Positions 24,311 through 27,194 of a stretch of DNA of 27,194 bases are shown here, piece after piece; within the stretch, counting starts at the first letter, position 1, and each line of letters opens with the position of its first letter. The position numbers and the translations under genes are program-made. This DNA comes from an uncultured Candidatus Saccharibacteria bacterium (lineage in GTDB: Bacteria; Patescibacteriota; Minisyncoccia; Phycocordibacterales; Phycocordibacteraceae): positions 1 to 27,194 of the forward strand of contig CAZVGP010000002.1 of the NCBI GenBank assembly GCA_964626715.1, written 5' to 3'. Below the pieces are notes generated by a model. The model was not told the DNA's origin. It saw nothing but the letters and a program-made list of their open reading frames with translations, and made no database searches.

Positions 24311-26566
24311 ATGCACACGAATGATTGGCTTCGGTGGAGCATAATCGGCGGCATCCTCCTCGTCTTTTTCATTCCGCTTTTCGTCACGAATACCCTGTTC
24401 TTCCCGTTTATCACGGGGAAGGGTTTTGCGTTTCGTATCATCATTGAAATAATCTTCGCGCTGTGGTGCATCCTCATCTTGCGCGATCCTTCGGCGCGTC
24501 CGAAAAAATCTTTGCTTCTGTATCTTGTCGGCGCGTTCCTCGTCTTGCTGGGCATCTCCGCGATTTTCAGCGCAAACCCCGACAAGAGCTTCTGGTCGAA
24601 TTTCGAGCGCATGGAAGGATGGATCGGCATCGCGCACGTGGTCGCGTACTTTACGATTCTCTTCTCGACCTTCATCTCCGAGAAGCTGTGGAAACTTTTG
24701 TGGAATACGACCATCGGAGTGTCGGTCATTGAAGCCCTGTACGGTATCCTCCAGCTCACGCATGTATTCCCGATAAACCAAGGCGGCGTACGTCTCGATG
24801 GCACATTCGGGAACGCGACGTACCTCGCCGTCTATATGCTCTTTAGCGTTTTTGCGACCTTGCTCGCCTTTGTATGGTGGGGAAGAGGGGAAACCGCGAG
24901 GTCGCGCACCGCCGCACTTTCCTATGCGGTCGCATTTATTCTTCAGCTCATCATCATCTTTTACACCGCGACGAGGGGCACGATCCTCGGGCTGGTAGGC
25001 GGCTTGTTTCTTGCGGGAATCATCTTTCTGCTGTTTTCCAAAGGGAACAAAAACCTCCGCGGGTGGGGTGTGGCCGCGATCATCGCGATATTCATTCTTG
25101 TGGGCGGTTTTTTTGTCCTCAAGAATACGTCGTTCGTGCAGGGAAATGAGGTTTTGACGCGCATCGCCAGCATTTCGCTTTCCGAAGGCGCGACTCGCTT
25201 CACGATCTGGGAGATGGCATGGAAAGGCTTCATCGAAAGTCCCAAGACCATCGTAATCGGTTGGGGACAGGAGAGCTTCAACTACATCTTCAACAAATAC
25301 TATGACCCGTCGCTGTATGCGCAGGAGCCGTGGTTCGATCGCGCGCACAACGAGTTCATCGACTGGCTCGTCGCGGGCGGCGCAATCGGGTTTCTGCTCT
25401 ATCTCTCGCTCTTTGCGACGTCGCTGTGGTATCTCTTCTGTCCGGGCGGAGCCTTCAGCGCGATCGAGCAGGGCCTCTTTACGGGTCTCCTCGGCGCATA
25501 CGTCTTCCATGACATGTTCGTTTTCGACAACCTCATGAGCTACGTATTGTTTTTCACCGTGCTTGCCTACATCGCGTATCGTTCACGCGCATCGCGGCTG
25601 GCATCGGCGATGCCTCCCGCGGGAGCATCTTCGCCCGCCGCCGCTGCGCAGCACAGCATGTGGAATGCGCCGCTTTCTCCAGAGCTCTCCGCAATTGCCG
25701 CTCCGTGCATTGTCGTTTTCATGGCAATCGTGTTGTACTTCGTGAACGTCCCGGGCATTGCGACGGCATCGAACATCATCCAAGGAATCACATCCCACTC
25801 GGAGGGAGTGCAAACTAACTTCGACTATTTCAAGAAAGCCGTGACCAGTGCGGGAAATGGGGGCTTGGGCCTTCAAGAAGTCCGCGAGCAGATCACGCAG
25901 TTCGCGTTCCAAGTGAAGCATCTCAATGCCGGCGACGCCACGCTCCAATCTGCTGTCGATGGGTTCGTACAAGCCCAGATGAGCGCGCAAGCGGGAGCGA
26001 CGCCAAACGATGCTCGCATCCGGGAATTTTTTGGCACGTACCTCATGCAGACAGGAAAGACGGATGCGGCGCGCACGGAGCTTCTCGCCGCGCACAAGCT
26101 TTCACCCGATAAGCAGCAGATACTCTTCGACCTCGGTACTCTTGAAGAAAACGCCGGGAACTCCGGCACAGCGCTCAATTGGCTCAAGCAAGCGTACGAT
26201 CTTGCGCCCGCCTTCGACACCGCGCGCCTCATGTACGCCGCGGGAGCAATCCGCACGGGCAACCTCTCGCTCGCATCGTCCTTACTTGTGCCGCGCTACG
26301 GAACCATGACACCGGATGACGACAATGTTCTTACGGCATATCTTACCGTCAAGAATTACCAAAGCGTTCTCATGATCCTTAAAGCCCGCGTTGATGCCAA
26401 TCCGGGAGATTATAACGCTCACGTGAATCTCGGTGCCGGTTACTTGCAGTCTGGCGATACCGCAGACGCCATCGCCGAGCTGCAGAAGGCGATCGGCCTC
26501 AATCCGTCGTTCCAGTCCGAAGGGCAATACTATATCGATCAGATCAACGCCGGGAAGCTTCCGTAG
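24311..26566 (+). CDS. O-antigen ligase/Wzy_C-family membrane protein with C-terminal TPR repeats
   Basis: GTFGNATYLA, YTATRG, GWGQESF, DRAHNEFIDWL..GG.IG motifs; C-terminal TPR helices (AIAELQKAIGLNPS). Start placed at ATG 24311. Confidence 0.88.
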   Translation: MHTNDWLRWSIIGGILLVFFIPLFVTNTLFFPFITGKGFAFRIIIEIIFALWCILILRDPSARPKKSLLLYLVGAFLVLLGISAIFSANPDKSFWSNFERMEGWIGIAHVVAYFTILFSTFISEKLWKLLWNTTIGVSVIEALYGILQLTHVFPINQGGVRLDGTFGNATYLAVYMLFSVFATLLAFVWWGRGETARSRTAALSYAVAFILQLIIIFYTATRGTILGLVGGLFLAGIIFLLFSKGNKNLRGWGVAAIIAIFILVGGFFVLKNTSFVQGNEVLTRIASISLSEGATRFTIWEMAWKGFIESPKTIVIGWGQESFNYIFNKYYDPSLYAQEPWFDRAHNEFIDWLVAGGAIGFLLYLSLFATSLWYLFCPGGAFSAIEQGLFTGLLGAYVFHDMFVFDNLMSYVLFFTVLAYIAYRSRASRLASAMPPAGASSPAAAAQHSMWNAPLSPELSAIAAPCIVVFMAIVLYFVNVPGIATASNIIQGITSHSEGVQTNFDYFKKAVTSAGNGGLGLQEVREQITQFAFQVKHLNAGDATLQSAVDGFVQAQMSAQAGATPNDARIREFFGTYLMQTGKTDAARTELLAAHKLSPDKQQILFDLGTLEENAGNSGTALNWLKQAYDLAPAFDTARLMYAAGAIRTGNLSLASSLLVPRYGTMTPDDDNVLTAYLTVKNYQSVLMILKARVDANPGDYNAHVNLGAGYLQSGDTADAIAELQKAIGLNPSFQSEGQYYIDQINAGKLP

Positions 26567-26610
26567 CGATTGTGCACCGGGGTCTTTCATGCTATCGTAA
26601 CGGCGTGAGT

Positions 26611-26626
26611 GCTAGCAATTGCTAGC
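26611..26626. repeat. Perfect 16-bp palindrome GCTAGCAATTGCTAGC
   Basis: Read directly from the sequence. Confidence 0.85.
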
Positions 26627-26640
26627 TCTGTGAAAATCTG

Positions 26641-26672
26641 CGAAAGACTCCCTTACGGGAGTTTTTCGTTTT
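26641..26672 (+). terminator. Rho-independent terminator-like hairpin downstream of the ligase gene
   Basis: cgaaagactccc-ttac-gggagtttttcg (12-bp stem with one G-U) followed by tttt. Confidence 0.7.
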
Positions 26673-26681
26673 CGCGTCGGT

Positions 26682-26824
26682 GGGCCCCGCACTGAGACTT
26701 GGCGCTATGTTTTTTGCGAAGCTGTTTGATTGCCTAGAAGCCAGATTCTATCGAGCATTTGAATATTCAAAGGGATACAAACTTAAAACATGCTTCGCGG
26801 CGCCAAGTTCTAGTGACGGGGCCC
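26682..26824. mobile_element. A: 143-bp inverted-repeat-bounded element
   Basis: gggccccgcactgagacttggcgc (26682-26705) / gcgccaagttctagtgacggggccc (26800-26824), plus inner gcgaagc/gcttcgc pairing; AT-rich centre. Confidence 0.65.
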
Positions 26825-26967
26825 GCCCCGTAGTGAGCTTTTGGCGTGCGGCGCTTCGCCATATGCCTCAAGTCAAATTTTGAAAGTTGTAGAGTATTGC
26901 AATAGATATAATCTCTGCACACTATGGCGCCGTAACAGGCATAACGCCAAAAGTCTACTCACGGGGC
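26825..26967. mobile_element. B: 143-bp inverted-repeat-bounded element abutting A
   Basis: gccccgtagtgagcttttggcgt (26825-26847) / acgccaaaagtctactcacggggc (26944-26967); AT-rich centre. Confidence 0.65.
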
Positions 26968-27010
26968 GGGGTCTTGTGTTTTGAGGAGTTGCCTCCGGTC
27001 TTCTGAAGCC

Positions 27011-27116
27011 GTACACCCCATGAGATAGAGCTTTATTCCCGGAGTTTTCCCTCACTGTGCCTTTAAGGTTTTTCTGCGAATAAAGAATATTGTAGGTTTC
27101 TATCTCACGGGGTACA
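27011..27116. mobile_element. C: inverted-repeat-bounded insert with GTACA direct repeats
   Basis: accccatgagataga (27015-27029) / tctatctcacggggt (27099-27113), 14/15 match. GTACA at 27011-27015 and 27112-27116. Confidence 0.7.
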
Positions 27117-27155
27117 GTGCTATCGTTGCCCGCATCCTGCGGCCGGCGGTAGCAC
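27117..27155. other. Long GC-rich hairpin with several G-U pairs
   Basis: gtgctatcgttgcccgca-tcc-tgcggccggcggtagcac: 18-position stem with one mismatch and three G-U pairs on the + strand. Confidence 0.6.
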
Positions 27156-27194
27156 TCACATAGATTTTTGCTTGGAGCTCGCACCCGTCGGTCG

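Noticed and set aside
24290-25510. 406-aa antisense ORF (likewise 1531-2517, 3700-4410, 14487-15221 and other long shadow ORFs)
   Set aside because: They lie opposite well-supported genes in GC-rich DNA and show no recognisable motifs.
26880-26912. TTGAAA...TATAAT promoter inside element B
   Set aside because: The spacing is 21 nt and the next ATG (26923) opens only a 3-codon ORF; AT-rich cores give such matches easily.
1292-27116. CRISPR array or tandem-repeat interpretation of the recurring repeats
   Set aside because: The repeats are inverted, dispersed and differ in sequence; there is no regular repeat-spacer period and no cas gene.
27005-27120. Group II intron domain V resemblance (agccgtac...gtacagtg)
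   Set aside because: The match comes from the GTACA duplication around element C; there is no GNRA-capped DV stem or other intron domains.
26605-27159. CIRCE/HrcA operator (GAGTGCTA and TAGCACTC half-sites)
   Set aside because: The halves are in the wrong order and about 540 bp apart instead of 9; neither has a partner at N9.
26680-27184. ORFs 26680-26883 (+) and 26873-27184 (-)
   Set aside because: They run through the palindromic elements and have no motifs or initiation signals; treated as spurious.

Overview
A polysaccharide/glycosylation gene cluster from a bacterium with tightly packed, mostly overlapping genes and few obvious Shine-Dalgarno sites. The gene style suggests Patescibacteria/CPR (Parcubacteria-like), but that is inference. 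It encodes five stand-alone GT4-like glycosyltransferases plus a double-GT4 fusion, two GT2s, a GT-C (ArnT/PMT-like) transferase, a YdjC-deacetylase-GtrA fusion, tandem yvcK/glmR paralogues, a complete fnlABC (UDP-L-FucNAc) pathway, a nucleotidyltransferase-kinase/SIS/HAD module with a GT9-like gene, a Wzx flippase and an O-antigen-ligase/TPR protein. The strongest non-coding signal is a set of nine short (about 60-145 bp) inserts bounded by inverted repeats with CCCG...CGGG-type ends and variable interiors; most have short flanking direct repeats. Five sit exactly on ATG(A) stop/start junctions and duplicate the start codon, one sits in a -10 box, and three form an array at the right end. No transposase, rRNA, tRNA or CRISPR array was seen. 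All alignments and counts were done by eye.
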